Shown here in pieces: positions 63,890 through 64,000 of a stretch of 64,000 nt of DNA. Source of the DNA: Bolinopsis microptera (Eukaryota). The stretch is taken from the NCBI RefSeq assembly GCF_026151205.1, contig NC_087073.1, positions 19,292,658 through 19,356,657 of the forward strand. The letters are read 5' to 3'. How positions within the stretch are numbered: position 1 is the stretch's first letter; each line of letters starts with the position of its first letter. The translations under genes and the position numbers were made by a program. The notes under the pieces are model-generated. The model did not search any database. It worked only from the letters and a program-made list of their open reading frames with translations, and was not told where the DNA came from.

Positions 63890-64000
63890 TTTTTTATACT
63901 CCCTGAAATTGACCGTATTATAGTGCTCTAACTATCTGAAGAGTTTAAAGAAAATTTATCAATACAATTTTCCGTTATTCAAGAATCCGGCAAAAATTCT
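63890..64000 (-). repeat. Start of a second array of the same 171-bp satellite in inverted orientation, running off the window edge
   Basis: 63891-64000 is the reverse complement of the unit (tttttatactccctgaaattgaccgtattatagtgctctaactat...caagaatccggcaaaaattct). It is separated from array 1 by an about 810-bp unique spacer. Confidence 0.9.

Noticed and set aside
1-64000. Prokaryotic defence or novel system, as hinted in the task
   Set aside because: There are GT-AG introns with MVP and ArfGAP exon chains, poly(A) signals and eukaryotic retroelements. None of the long ORFs shows a bacterial gene-neighbourhood organisation.

Overview
This window is AT-rich eukaryotic (metazoan) genomic DNA, not a prokaryotic locus. 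Open reading frames are interrupted by GT-AG introns. A degenerate (TTAGGG)n tract is present, along with many non-LTR retrotransposon fragments, DNA-transposon remnants and satellites. No CRISPR array, operon or defence island is present. Three host genes can be reconstructed. (1) A major vault protein (MVP) gene on the minus strand runs from the ATG at 40939 to the TAA at 23405-23407, with at least 17 exons. Its introns are loaded with transposable elements, a nested unknown gene, a GPCR fragment and a 3.1-kb perfect palindrome that fills almost all of one intron. (2) An ArfGAP2/3-like gene on the plus strand runs from the ATG at 15908 to the TGA at 21996-21998, with at least 14 exons. (3) An apparently intronless rhodopsin-like GPCR with N-terminal LDL-receptor class A modules lies on the minus strand (ATG 7403, 7TM ending about 5150). 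Its ORF runs on into a 42-bp minisatellite. Repeats include LINE pieces of several lineages (RT cores with YADD/FADD motifs, APE-type endonuclease domains, an esterase-type ORF1, two L1-type ORF1 copies). There is also a hAT-type MITE with a perfect 8-bp TSD, a TIR DNA-transposon family in two copies (one carrying a nested 100-bp insertion with its own 8-bp TSD), a pogo-like remnant, a tRNA-derived SINE family in two copies, several minisatellites, and a highly homogeneous 171-bp satellite of about 37 units followed by a second array in inverted orientation at the window edge. I found no undescribed protein system. The most unusual structures are the intron-filling palindrome, the inverted 171-bp satellite arrays and the non-TIR 8-bp-TSD micro-element.
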